Source: Blasia pusilla (Eukaryota). Taken from it: a stretch of 64,000 bases of DNA. The DNA is taken from contig CM114271.1 in assembly GCA_050084515.1 (NCBI GenBank), positions 16,182,001 through 16,246,000 of the forward strand, read 5' to 3'. Positions 1 through 20,600 of this stretch are shown one piece after another. Position 1 is the stretch's first letter. Each line of letters starts with the position of its first letter. A program made the translations under genes and the position numbers. The notes below the pieces were generated by a model. The model saw nothing but the letters and a program-made list of their open reading frames with translations. It had not been told where the DNA came from and made no database searches.

Positions 1-791
1 TCTGAGAGAGCAAGTTTTCCCTTCGTTTCGGCTCATTTAGAGCCATATTGAGAAACTTACTATTTTAGGTAAGTACCATTTTGATTATATGGTTGATTTT
101 CTATTTTTGGTAAGTGACCCTTGACCTCCTACATCAGGTTAAGAGCCAAGGTGGTGACTTGGGAGCATAAGTTACCATGGAGAGAGCTTGGGAGAGGGGA
201 GGGGTATACCTAAAGGAGAGAGAGCTTGAGAGCTCATTTCTCTTTGTTGAACCTCTTGGCATAAGGCGGCAGAGCTTTGATCCCTTGTCTTGTGAGTGTA
301 ACCCAAGCCTCTCATTAGGAGAGTGGGTTTGGTTTGACATTGAGAAGGACATGTGAGAGTGCACACATGTGAGAACTATGGTATTGTGAGAGAGATTGGA
401 TCTTATTTTACAAAGAGAGAATGAGTGAGAGAGAGCTTCATGGGGGAGCTTGCTTGTTGCCGCACAACATACGTCTCAGTGAGAGAGTGTAGATTTAGTG
501 CCGCATGTTTAGTTTGAGTGATTGAGGGATTACTTGCAAGATTGAGAGTGATCATGTGAGAGGGGCACAAAGGGAATCACGGCGTCCTTTTGGGACTTTG
601 AGACGTCTGAGAGTGCACACGTGTGAGAACTATGGTATCGTGAGAGAGATTGGATCTTATTTTATTAAACATATTATGGTACTTCTTGTCTGGTTATTTG
701 GATGTCATGAGTTAGCATGGGATCTTGCGTGTTTGTATGTGTGTTCGGTAAAAGCGATGTATGTTGAGTAGCAATGTGTATGCACACAACA
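1..791 (+). mobile_element. Non-coding internally deleted derivative (or solo-LTR-like copy) of the DNMT-Gypsy family; 5' end lies outside the window
   Basis: 1-450 is the reverse complement of ~30640-31090 and 455-605 of ~29050-29200. 607-665 re-duplicates 354-410. 668-791 is the reverse complement of the element's 3' end (21716-21840) and ends ...CACAACA. Confidence 0.75.
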
Positions 792-2275
792 AGGCCTGCA
801 CAACATGCATCTAAAGCCTGCACGAGCAATAGCCAAACTCGTATCAATACTCCCATCCATGTTCAAAAGATGAAATGGCACACTATTATGCACATGATCT
901 TTCCAAACGGTACCATCATCACCCTCTAAAACAAGGACTCCTGATTTCTCGCACTCGCATAATAGTGTCTCCCGCCGTAACGTCCAATGTCTTCGGCATT
1001 GTCTGCTGTAGGTAGACAAAATTTCTAGGATGGAATCTCCGATTCTCTGGTCGACACCCTCCTCCACGTGTAGTCGCGAATCTTAGAGTATCGCGATGTT
1101 GATCAATAACCAGGTTCTCAAACGCCATAGGCATGACTCTATGAAAGAGCTCAACCCGCTAAGAACACACTCGCACCCAAATGTTTGGATTGTCAAGATC
1201 AAGCACCTCAACCAAATCTCATCGAATAGACAATGGTAACTTTGGCTCTCTCCTCTAGCCGCTCCCTCACTCAACCTATCCGGCAATGCTACCAACTCAA
1301 TCGATTTGGAAAAGTGCTCCACCATGACCAACATATACCCACTATGGCGTCCTATCAATGGCAAAGGACCTACAAATTATAAACTCCAACTATACCCAAA
1401 TCCCATTATCGATAAAGGATGCGAGTGTGGTGTCGGAGCATTGAATGATGCCCGCACCCTATCACATACAATGCATATGGCTACAAACTTTTGAACATCA
1501 ATTCGCATACCACGCCTCCAATATTGAATCTGAATCAAGCTATACGTACCCTCGAATCCAAAATGCCCTAACTCATCGTGAGCATGTCTCACAAACGGTG
1601 CTCGATGCAAAGGATGAGGTACCATCCGCACTCGTCCATCCTCCCAAACTCCAAGCTAATGCGATCCCTCCCACCTGAACCTCTTGACTCGCTGTAGGAC
1701 TCGATCTTGATCTCTAGCATCCACCATGCTTGCTAAGACACCAGTGCGCACATACTCCAAGACCAACTCATCATCATGGATTTCTCGAGTTTGTGTCGAC
1801 TCCTCACCAGCATTTGGATCTTAGGACTCACCATCAAACCTCCCTCTTGGAGTGGATGCCTCTTGCTGACCTGACAGAGCCAAAAGACACAAATACATAG
1901 ATGCATGCCAACCCCGGACTATCTCCTCATCACTCTCACCATGCCACCGCGCTCCAGTGGCATCGTTGTGGCTTGTGCATGGGTTATGGCTCAACACCTC
2001 CGCATCCTGGTTCAAATATCCTGGGCGATGGACAACTTGAAAATCGTACTCCTGCAACAAGAGTGACCATATGGCAAGCTTCCTTGCAAGCGTGTCAGAC
2101 TCCATCAACCATATGAGTGGCTTATGATCAATGATGAACCTGAAAGGGTCCTTGAACAAATAACATCTGAAATGGGTCACTTCCCTCACTACAACTAAGC
2201 ACTCCCCCTCGTAGGAACTCTACATTGCCTTCATAGCTTTGTTCAAGCGGCTCGCATATGCCACTACAAACTCAT
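792..2275 (-). pseudogene. Ty3/Gypsy pol fragment (RNase H - integrase - start of PHD) of the same family as 21716-31194
   Basis: ORF pieces IIDHKPLIWL..LLLQEYDFQVVHRPG (RNase H), HAHDELGHFG..CIVC (integrase Zn finger), VMVEHFSKSIELVALPD and VWKDHVHN..RCMLCRP are collinear with 22015-24089. The integrase core is partly deleted and the fragment has stops and frameshifts. Confidence 0.9.
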
Positions 2276-2402
2276 TGGGGTTGTCCAGTCATTCATGTGT
2301 ATGTGTAGAGATGTTAGGATTTATAGCTAGGTAGATGGATCTTAGAGATGTGCATACATGATAGCCGATGTATGTTGACAGCGATGTGTATTCGCACAAT
2401 AC
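2276..2402 (+). mobile_element. Terminal fragment related to the 3' end of the Gypsy family
   Basis: CGATGTATGTTGACAGCGATGTGTATTCGCACAATACA resembles 756-791 CGATGTATGTTGAGTAGCAATGTGTATGCACACAACA. Confidence 0.45.
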
Positions 2403-2411
2403 AGTTCATAA

Positions 2412-2449
2412 AACCTCTTGGTCATCTATCATTTGATGACCAAGAGGTT
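2412..2449. repeat. Perfect 15-bp inverted repeat with 8-nt spacer
   Basis: AACCTCTTGGTCATC-TATCATTT-GATGACCAAGAGGTT. Confidence 0.85.
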
Positions 2450-2871
2450 GAGGAGAGAGAGAGAGATCTCACATTCAATTAGGATCTATGAGGAAAATTA
2501 TGCTTTGAGCTTCCAAACATTGAGATATAAATCGTAAGATGGTGCTATTAATTAGTAACTCTAATGTGCTTACTATGTTAAATTTCCTAAACTACAAATA
2601 TAACCATATTACATTAATGCAAAATATAATATGCATTTTCTATTCAATATGAAAGAGTCTCATGTATCCTACATTATTACTCTTCAAACTATTGAAAGAA
2701 TTTTTTAAGGAGAAAATTTACTGACCCTTGATAGTTTCTAAGATAAGAAAAAATATTTCTTGAAAGATAAAGGTACAAATAACACTAGTCTTAAAACCAC
2801 ACTTTTATGAAACCCTTATGATTATGGCTTCATTAATTAATGGAAAGGATATAAAATTAGTGAGTGCACGT

Positions 2872-3587
2872 CAAGGTTGCACAAAAATGTACTTGTTTGT
2901 CCATGGGAAGGACAAGTCTGAACATATCCACGGACCTGCACAACGGGTCTCCTGTTCGGATATTTTTACTATCCAGGTCGCTTGCGTGGTCTCAAGATGT
3001 AGGAATGGGTGCAAGCAGGGATCAAATGGATGTGCAGGCTACGAGATCTAGCCAAGACCGTATCCAACCTATGCGTGGGCCACACGGGCCACGTACGTGG
3101 GTGTTTGATGCAGACGACAGGTCGCTAGACTACATGCAGGTCGGTTGAGCCCGGGTCTGTGTTTCATGTGGGTGGGCCCAAGTGTACGCCGTGGAAACTT
3201 GACCCTGCATAGACATGTTCATCTTGCAGACAGACATAAGTCCGCGAACATGGGCTTTTTCCGTGTGCAAGGTTGCACAGGAATAGACATGCAGCCCGGG
3301 TAGCTTGCCTAGCCCGTAGTGGGCACTCGCATTGGACGAGCCTGCACTGATTTTGTGGTCCACGCAAGGCCCGCACATGGCGGGCTCTACGGCGCTACGC
3401 GGGCCTAAACCTGCCTTGCGGGCCACAAAACTGGTGATGGGCTCTGAGGGCAGGCTTGGATGCGAATCACGAGTACCCAGGCCTGCAAAGAGATGTTTGT
3501 CCTCGGGACGGACATAAGTCCGCATACATGAATATGTTCGCGGACACCTACTTTGTTTGTGTGCAACCTTGTCCGTGTGCAACCTTG
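2872..3587. mobile_element. Non-autonomous hAT-like DNA transposon (MITE)
   Basis: 12-bp perfect TIRs CAAGGTTGCACA / TGTGCAACCTTG, flanked by an 8-bp TSD GTGCACGT (2864-2871 and 3588-3595). An 8-bp TSD with short CA-starting TIRs is typical of hAT. No credible ORF. Confidence 0.8.
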
Positions 3588-5299
3588 GTGCACGTGGGTG
3601 ACAAAATTTCATAAATCCCTACTTAGCAAACAACATGCTAGAGTGCCATTAATTTTAGGTGAGATTTGATCTAATTTTGTTTATCCAATTATATGTTTTC
3701 TCTACCATTTTGACCATGCCGACATAGTATAGGTGATATGCCAAATACGAATGATAAACAATTAAATGCCAATTTTTAAGTTTAGAATGAAAGTTGCATA
3801 ATGTAGGGGGTGAAGAAAACATGGGAGGGGAAACAAGGAGGAATAGTAACTTTTGTAGATGTATGGATATTTGTTTATGTAAGATTGAAAAGTGCATGAA
3901 CTTTTTTTGGTGATTTTGGACCTCCTTGAACATACACAATTTTTTTTGTTAACATTCTTCTTGGGAGTGAACTCTTGTGCACATCAACAATATTTATAGC
4001 CCATGCTACTTGGCTTTATTAAGCAGTTCTCTTTCTCTTTCCGCCACCTATTCTTGTGGGCCTTTGGGTGTTGAGTTGATTCACAATGCATAGGCTTTAG
4101 AATGCAAGTTATTCCCTTGAGCTTCTCAACCGTAGGATGTGAAATGGAGATGTGAGCCAATTTAATAAAGACATTTGGACTCACTCCTCTCCTTATTAGT
4201 ATTTGTCTACTCTCTCCACTCCGTATTAAGATTTTATTTTTTTAATAATCTCAATGTCGTGTCTCAATGCCGTGTAAGTATTTTGTTATATTTTCTCTCC
4301 ACTCCATTTTCTTTTTCTCTCCTTTCCATGCCCTGTTAGGCTTTTTTTAATTCTCTCCACTCCCCAAGTATGTTCATTAATTTAATTTTCCTCCCCATGA
4401 AACCAAGTTTTAAAAAAAACCCAAAACCTAGGTACATAGTGGTTGTATGTACCTAGGATTTGATTTAATAATGTTATAAATGGGAAAAACATGAAAGTAT
4501 CTACTTATGCCATTACATCCGAGGGCTTTCTTGCTGCTTACTACTTGAAAATGGACATGTTAACATGAGGGGAAATGTTTAGGAATGATCACTTTGTTTT
4601 TCTCTTTAAACTTTCCCAATTGTATGGGAAAGTTGGTTGCACACATTTCTTTGTTGTAGAAACTAGCCGGTGCACGAAAGAGAGTGCACAAAATTAGTGA
4701 GTTTCATAAGAGCTTACATGCTTTGGCTCATAAAGAACGACACATGTCAATCATTTACATTTCAAAAAACAAGTCCTAGGAGAAATGTCATCCCTTACCG
4801 GCATGCATTTGTTTAATGGTGCCGTCCCCACGAAGATGCCCTTACACCATCACTTTATAAATTAAAAAAATACATTTAAATATTGACGTTCTAGGGTAGA
4901 AGGAGCAAGCGCATGGGAACACGACACGACGGGCATTCAAACTTCCTGCCTGCCCGGGAGTATTCGGAAAGAAGTAACAAGTAATTGTTTTTTCAGGATT
5001 TTCAAAAGAGAGATAATATTGTTTGCGACCGGGTAACAGTGCAGTTCTAGCAAGGGGTTGACGTAGACAGCAGCACGGCAGAGAGCGCGACAGGACAGCA
5101 CGGGCATTCAAACTTCGTGTCTGCCCGGGAGGATCGGGAAGGAGAGGAGAAGCAAATCCGGTATTTTTTAAGGGAAAAAAAAGAGACAAAAAGACGAGCG
5201 ACTCTCCGCGCTCTCCGAAATGTGGGGGCCATTTTGCGCTACAGCGAAAGAGAGGAGTTTGATGAGCGAAGCGACAGAGACTGTCACCATCTACAGTCT

Positions 5300-5321
5300 G
5301 AGAGAGAGAGAGAGAGAGAGA
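5300..5321. repeat. (GA)11 microsatellite
   Basis: Direct reading. Confidence 0.9.
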
Positions 5322-6529
5322 CACCGGAAGACAATGGGGTCACTGCGCAGTGCAGCGGCGATTCAGATGTTGAGGTGCGCGATTTTCGCGGTGGTCGATG
5401 GATTGCTGCATCGCAGAGGTTAGTTGGCAGCCCGAGAGCAGCAGCGGCAGGAGCCTGTGAATCTGTCGCATAGCGTTGCGTACAGTAGGTCGGACATGGT
5501 GATGTATCGTGTGCTGCCTCGCTCTCCGTCCGTCCTTCCTTTCATCGCTCCTCTCCTCTGCGGTGCGGTGGTATGGATGTACTGTAATGGTCTCTTTGTG
5601 GAGAGAAGAGAGAGAGACAGAGGGAGTCTCAAGGGAGAGAAGAAATTGTCAATGATTATGTGGAGATGAGAGAGATTACAGTAATTAACCTGTCAGAGAC
5701 CTGCAGGAGACGGAATTCGTAAATGTGGTTACTGGTGCGAGATGGCAGATATTTACTGTAGAGAGAGAGAAATTCTCAAAGGCATGGGTACATCGCGGTG
5801 ACTGGAGGACGGAGCGGTCGGGAAATAGAAGCGTTGCTGTTGCAAAAGCCGATGAATGAGAAGCACCGGGCTGTCTCTGGTTGGGGAAAACCTCGGACTG
5901 AACACGCATACGGGGGATTCAATTATCAATACACTATTATAATCTGCCCACGGTTGATGAACGTGCTGCGTCAGTGGGATACGAAACAGGGTGACTCTGA
6001 GAGAAAGACGGTCTTGGTCTTCGGTGCTGTAGAGAGAAGCTGCTTCTCTCCGCCCTCCATATCTGGGAGCCGCCTTCTGATGCTGCGACGGTGGTGCCTG
6101 CAGGCTCCTCCGTTCCGCATCGTTCCGTCCCTCCTGGCAGCATTTGCTTTTTGTTCGGTGGCAGAATGTGCGTGCTGCGCTGTGCTCGCTCGCTCGCAGC
6201 CGTGGCAGAGCAGAGCAGAGGCAGGAATGATCGGCGAAGGTACAGAGAGGAAGCTTGCCTCACACGCGTTGCTCCCCGTCTCTCGGCCGCCCTACCTGCT
6301 GCGCCGAAGGACGCAATCCGCGGCCTCTAAGACCAGGATCTCCAGTACTCTAATTCGCTCCTGGAGTTACCCCGATCCCTCCGTCCCACCATCAGAGCAG
6401 GAATCCAGGGAGGGGTCCCGAATAAAATCCGCCCGTCCACCGTCGACTCGACCCCACTCTGTCTGCAGTTTCCGCCCCCCTTCTCTCTCATCTTCAATCC
6501 GCGCGGTCGGGGGCAGCGGGTTAAACTCG

Positions 6530-6802
6530 CCTCTTCAATGGCCGCTCGGGGGCGCAGGGGACCAAATTAGTGTTGCCACCTTCTTCACATTCCTTGTTTC
6601 TCAAATTCTCACACCTCTTCAGTTGCCGCTCGGGGGAGCTGGGGGAGTTACCTAGCGGTGCCACCTTCTCTCACCTCTTCAATGGCCGCTCGGGGCCGGG
6701 GAGCATGTTAGTGTTGCCACCTTCTTGACACTCCTTCTCTTACCTCTTCAATTTCCGCTCGGGGGAAGTAGGGGGAGTAAATTAGCGCTGCCTCCTTCTC
6801 AC
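6530..6802. repeat. Four-unit degenerate tandem repeat with G-runs, A-B-A-B higher order
   Basis: Core CCTCTTCA.T..CCGCTCGGGG...TAG.G.TGCC.CCTTCT at ~6530, 6614, 6674 and 6743. Confidence 0.8.
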
Positions 6803-9229
6803 ATGCCGTCCCCCCCGGAAACCCGGCGACAAACTAGAGTTCCCTCCTTCTCCCACCTCTCCAATTGGGCCCGGCGGTTGGGAGATGGGGAAGGGAGGGA
6901 GCAGGGTTGTCAGTCGGATTGAGTTTCCACCTGAGTCCGTTGTCTGGTAGAGTGCGAGCGGAGGTTCTTTCTGTCTCTCTCCGCTTCAATTTTCGGTTGG
7001 GGTTTGGGAGTGATTGATTCCTCGGCCAGGATCGGTCCTTTTCAATTGTTGTCCCGACTGGTGGATGAGCGACTCACGGATCACACCGGCCTCTTACTTC
7101 TTTCTCTCTTTACCCTTCGCTGCTGCCATGGCTTCCGATGACGACGAGCAGCCAGTCGGACAGACGAGACCGACACTTGCAGGCACCATAGACAGTTTGT
7201 TGAAACCGAAGAGAACAATCATGAGAACCTGTCGAGTAGCTTGAACCGAGCTTTCCAGGATGAGGATGCGCTTGGCCAAAATTGAATGAGCCATTGCTGC
7301 AGACCAGCCTCCCCATACAACTGTACTCATCTCTCACCTACTAGTCACTGACCCGTCCTCATTACTCTCAGTTCCACCGTGCCCTGCCAGCACATTGCAG
7401 ACACCTTATTTTCGCGGAGGGAAGCCTTGAGGACCATGTCAGCCGGCATCTTCCCTTTTCATTCGCCCTACGGAGATTTCGCAGAAGCTAGGGTATCCCC
7501 TTCTCATCATACGAAGATTTAATCGCTCATCCGCATCGCCCCTCGGACCCGTTCAGATCGGATCCACTGCTCTGGTCACCGCCCAACCCTCTCGCCTCGC
7601 CTCGCCTCACCTCACCTCACATCTCTCTCTCGCTTGTCTCAAAGGGCTATGACAGGCACTACTATACTACTTTATGAGTATTCTTTCTGCATCACCTCTC
7701 GAGTCCTACGGCTCTCTCGGGTCTCCATGGGCAATAAACCAGGGGCTCATTCACTCGTTCATTATCGCTCTCTGCGGCACTCTCTCGTATCCCTGTGCGG
7801 CAGCTCCTGGTTACCCGAAGTAAAAGATCAGGCCGCAACCGAAAGGCGAAGAGAGTGAATTCTACGCTGTAAGCCCTAATCCCTTCTGGCAGCGCAGTCC
7901 CCGCTCTCCCCCTCGTCCTCGCCCATTATTCTGCGGGGGCCCCGTTTGGACACCGACTTCTTGGAAGGAAGAAGCGGACGGGAAAGACGTCGCACTCTCT
8001 TTCTATCTCTGCCTTTTGCCTTTTCTGATCGAGAACGGAGTCAGCAAACGACTGGGCAGGCGCTTGGAGCTGCGCGGCGTCGTAGCCGCGTCTACCCTGG
8101 GAGAGGGGAGATATTTCGAATCTATAGGAGTTACTTGCAGCGAGATACTTCAGGGCTCGCGATGCAGTTATGGACACTGGGGGAGTCTTCCAACCCGAGC
8201 TGAAGGACACTGGCAGAAAGACACATGTAGATCGATAGACAGCTCTAGGATTTTCGAAATCCTCGGGGCGGTGGCCGAGTCTTGCCGGGGTCATCATCGT
8301 CATCTTGTTCCTGGGGACTGATACTTGGGCATATATTGAGTTTTTAATCTTTTCCCACTTATTTCGCGTTCGGGAGGTGGCGACGCGGATGGATTCTTTA
8401 CGTTTGCTCCTCTTCTCCCGGAACGCCTGTGGTTGGTGGAGGCATTCTTCCGAGACACTCATTTCGTGTTGATCCATTCAGGCCGCACGCTACTGCGTTC
8501 CGAGCGCGGTCCCCCACCAGTCTGGTTTCCACCTCTAGGATGGTGGCCTGTGCGGACGAAGAACCACCATACGTATTGACCGACCCTCTGTCTGGGATAC
8601 TTTGCCTGTCTCGAGTAATCTATGGCCTTAGGTAATTTGCGTAACAACGGACACCTCCCGCGATTTCCTAAGCACTCCTTTCAGATCTGCCCTTGAACTC
8701 TGGAGTCTTCGCGTGTGGTTTGCGGTCTGTGCGTTTCGTATCCGCCGCTCTTGGAAGGAAGTGTGGCACAATCCCAGTGATAGGATGGCCATTGACAATC
8801 ATCTTTTGACAGAGGTATCACGTACACGGTCATTAGTGCTGCTCATATCGGCGCGTCAGCCGGACTATTGCTAGAGAGCTATCCATGTAGCTCTCTAGGG
8901 AAGTCCTTGTGCCCCCTCCCTCTGTAAAACCCCACTACTGCAGAGGACTTCCTCATCATCTTTCTTTGGAACCTACTGCAGAACTTCCTTTCCGCTAAAG
9001 TTGCAAACGTCACGTTATCTCTAGCGATCATAAGAGTTTAGGCCACCAATGGCAATGTAGTAGCAACATAAATGACCAGAGTCCTGTTTGTGCATCCCAT
9101 GACGCATTCTTCCGTAGAAAGTTTCACATTTTCTATTCCCCTGCGAGGCTGCGACTCCTTTCATTAATCGTCCACCAGTGCCACATTCAGATGAACCACG
9201 CATGAATGCCAAAATGTTAAAAAATTTTA

Positions 9230-17640
<8,411 letters not shown>

Positions 17641-20600
17641 TGCAGTCCTTCAATTACCTCCCACCAAGACGAAAGGAACCAGAGATTCTTAAAAGAAGGC
17701 CATGGTTTCCACCAAATTGCGTGAAGGAAAACAGACGAGGACCACTGAAAATCTTTAGGCAAGGTGGCTAAAAACCGGGAACGAAGGGCGTGTGAGGAGA
17801 AATCTCAAGTTGTATAGCCAACAAAATCCACTGGGTAAGACTCCTGTCCGAATTGAGGAGTGCTCCGACGGGATCATAGGACACGCATTAGATGAAAGAG
17901 ACACCAACGAATCCTATCTGCGTGTATGGCGAACTTTCTCGGGCCATGAAGTCTGCTCTAAACTACTTCAAGGAACATTCGGGGCAAGGAAAAAACACGT
18001 CCTCTAGTAGCTGGTGGCAATCCTAAGCGTGTCAAAAGCTTCTCTTTGATAATGACTTGTAATAAACCCGGAAAAAACTCCACGAGCGGCCGCGGTGATG
18101 TCCATCATGTCCTTGGGATCATTTCGAGTTCCAGAATTTAAAGACGACAGCAGGGCTTGCTCATGTCCGAATTGAAAGTAGATACCAACGATTCGAAAAG
18201 CTAACTACGTACAATACCGCTCCGAATTTTTCCATCTTCAAGAATCATGAAACGTAGTCGCATGTTCACTTATGATTATAATCCAGAATCAAACACTTCT
18301 AACAAGACTAAAAACGACTGCAATTCAAAGTGCACATCACCAATCCACTAGAAGATGCAGTAAGACGTACCATAGAGCAGCAAACAAAACTTCTTGTCCT
18401 CCAAGCGAAATGGGCCGCACAAAGCTCCATCGTCACCAACTTCACGAACGCTTCTGCGTATGGAGCAACGCTCTGGCTTCGGCTCTCATCGGCCCTCTGG
18501 CTTCAGCCTGAGCTGCAAAAATTAAAGAGGCCAGTGCATCCACTGCGTTCCAAGCGGACAAGAGGCGGGTCACAAGGTCTGCCAAGCGTCGCAATAACGC
18601 CGTCGCGATGTACATGGTGATCTCGACGGAGACGTGGTCACTATGAGCAGAAACACCTCTCCGTCGCATTTCAGACGGCCTACTGGATAGGGACGTCGCG
18701 ATGCGTCCAAATATTGACGGGTGTCGAGCGGAGAGAGATGACAGCGCCTCCGGACAAATGCATCCGTCGTGTTAGTGACGGTTATCTCGACGGAGAAAAT
18801 GCAGTATGGAATGAAAGTGAGAACAAGATACTTTGAGGATATTGTAGTTATTATATGCTAAAAAACAATTTTGGGCGCTTGCAACTAGTGGCGTTGGAAC
18901 TTGTTGCAAAACTGCTTACAAGTCTACCAAGTATGCGGTCTGAAAGGGCAGTTTTGGTGGTAGCAATTAAGTGAAAAAAAATTAGGAGCAAGAAAAAATA
19001 GCTATTTGTTAACTTTGGAAATATTAGATAATTTTCGAGTGGTAGGACATGCCCAATTGGTAAGATAAGAAGTGAGTAACTTTAGTGTATAAATCAGATA
19101 CAAATGCAAAACACACCGAGTGCATAAGGTTTGTATAATTATAAGTGACTGAAATGGAAGCAAGGGTATTCTTATAGCATATTGTGATTGGCACATTGTG
19201 AACGATTAAATAGTAGAACATGAAATCATAAGGTTTTTTATGGATTTTATTAGAGTATTATAAGTGCCTGGAAAGGGGTTGTTTTAGTTGTGATTTAACA
19301 AGTTTCCGAATAGCAAAAGAAAAATTTGTATATGAATGAGATTGCAAATGGAGGTGGCTTGTGTATGTTTGTATGCGCAATGTAGAATGATAGTTGGATG
19401 TGGTAGAGAGCCACACAAAATGTAATTAAGCAAACTAAAATGAAAGATTGCAATGTAAATAAACCAAAGAGAATAAGAGTGAGTAATGATCTCAACCATT
19501 GCAAAATAGCACTGACAGAGACAATTGTGTACTTGAGTCTGAGTGCTTTTGCCAGAGACTTTCTCAAAATCTGCAAAAAAGACTTCTAGGAGAGATAAAA
19601 ATTGCCACAAAACTAATTGACACGTCTATTTCCGATGCAAAACAACAAACACAATATGGATTTAATTGTCAACATCTGTAGTTAAAGCTTGGGATTATCC
19701 TGAATTAAATGCTCGATGTCTTTGGAGAAGTCACCAAAGTCATCTTTTGCATTTTTCACTTGTTCTTTCACAGTTTGATGAGCTAGCAAGTTAGAAGCAT
19801 GTTTGTCATAAGTTGAATCTAATTTCCAAGTAAGATCGCGTATTCGTGTAGATAATTGATCAGATTTCTCTTCAACTTGACTCAATGTCATGCATGCATT
19901 CTAATATACTTGTACATGTAATGATACTACATGATGTGATGAGCACTCATTTTTTTCCCCTTTGGACTACATCAATGTGTTCTTGAGGGATCCTAACACT
20001 TGGCACACCATTCACCAGATTAAATCTTCCTCGATGACATGGTAGTCTGGTTGTGATATGTTGCTCATGAGTCATGAAATGACAGAACTAGTGTGCAGTC
20101 AGCGTAAGTGGGAAATAAGTGTATTGTAGAATAAGTCTGGAGATTATGTAGAGAGTTGTATATCGCTAGTGTATGAAAAAAATCTTTTGGTTTGAAATAG
20201 AATTGAAAGTTGTGCAAATGTGAATGGTTTTGTAGCCTAAAATGAGAAATAGATTAGGTTAGGAATTCACGGAATTTTGAATTCAAGGAGTATTGAATTC
20301 ATTTGTAGGAGCTCCTTTGTGTAGGAGTTTTAGGAATAGTAGGAATTGGGGAGCTTGTGAAGTTACTTATATGTGTCCTTTAGCACGTGGATCTTGTCAA
20401 TGGTAAATAAGAGGTAGCTTAGTGAAGAGAAATGGAATTATAAGAGTTTTGATTGATGCATCAATGAGAGGTGCTATGTATTTCGACTTTCTTACAAAGT
20501 AGGGTGATATTAGAGGACATGTTAATCAAACAGAATGTTCTAACACGAGCATAATGGAGTATTACCGATACAAATATCTGAAAACAAAATTTGCACTAGA

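Noticed and set aside
4427-4457. 12-bp perfect inverted repeat CCTAGGTACATA / TATGTACCTAGG as a terminator or ncRNA
   Set aside because: Isolated hairpin in eukaryotic intergenic DNA with no supporting context.
4662-4698. Helitron 3' end (GTGCAC hairpin next to CTAG)
   Set aside because: No identifiable 5' end and the orientation is ambiguous.
5798-6655. 285-aa plus-strand ORF
   Set aside because: GTG start, S/R/P-rich low-complexity product with no motif, running into a tandem repeat; expected by chance in GC-rich DNA.
18590-18800. CACTA terminus (CACTATGAGCAGAAA at 18639 with CCGTCG/CGACGG motifs)
   Set aside because: Suggestive subterminal motifs, but no matching opposite end, 3-bp TSD or transposase was found.
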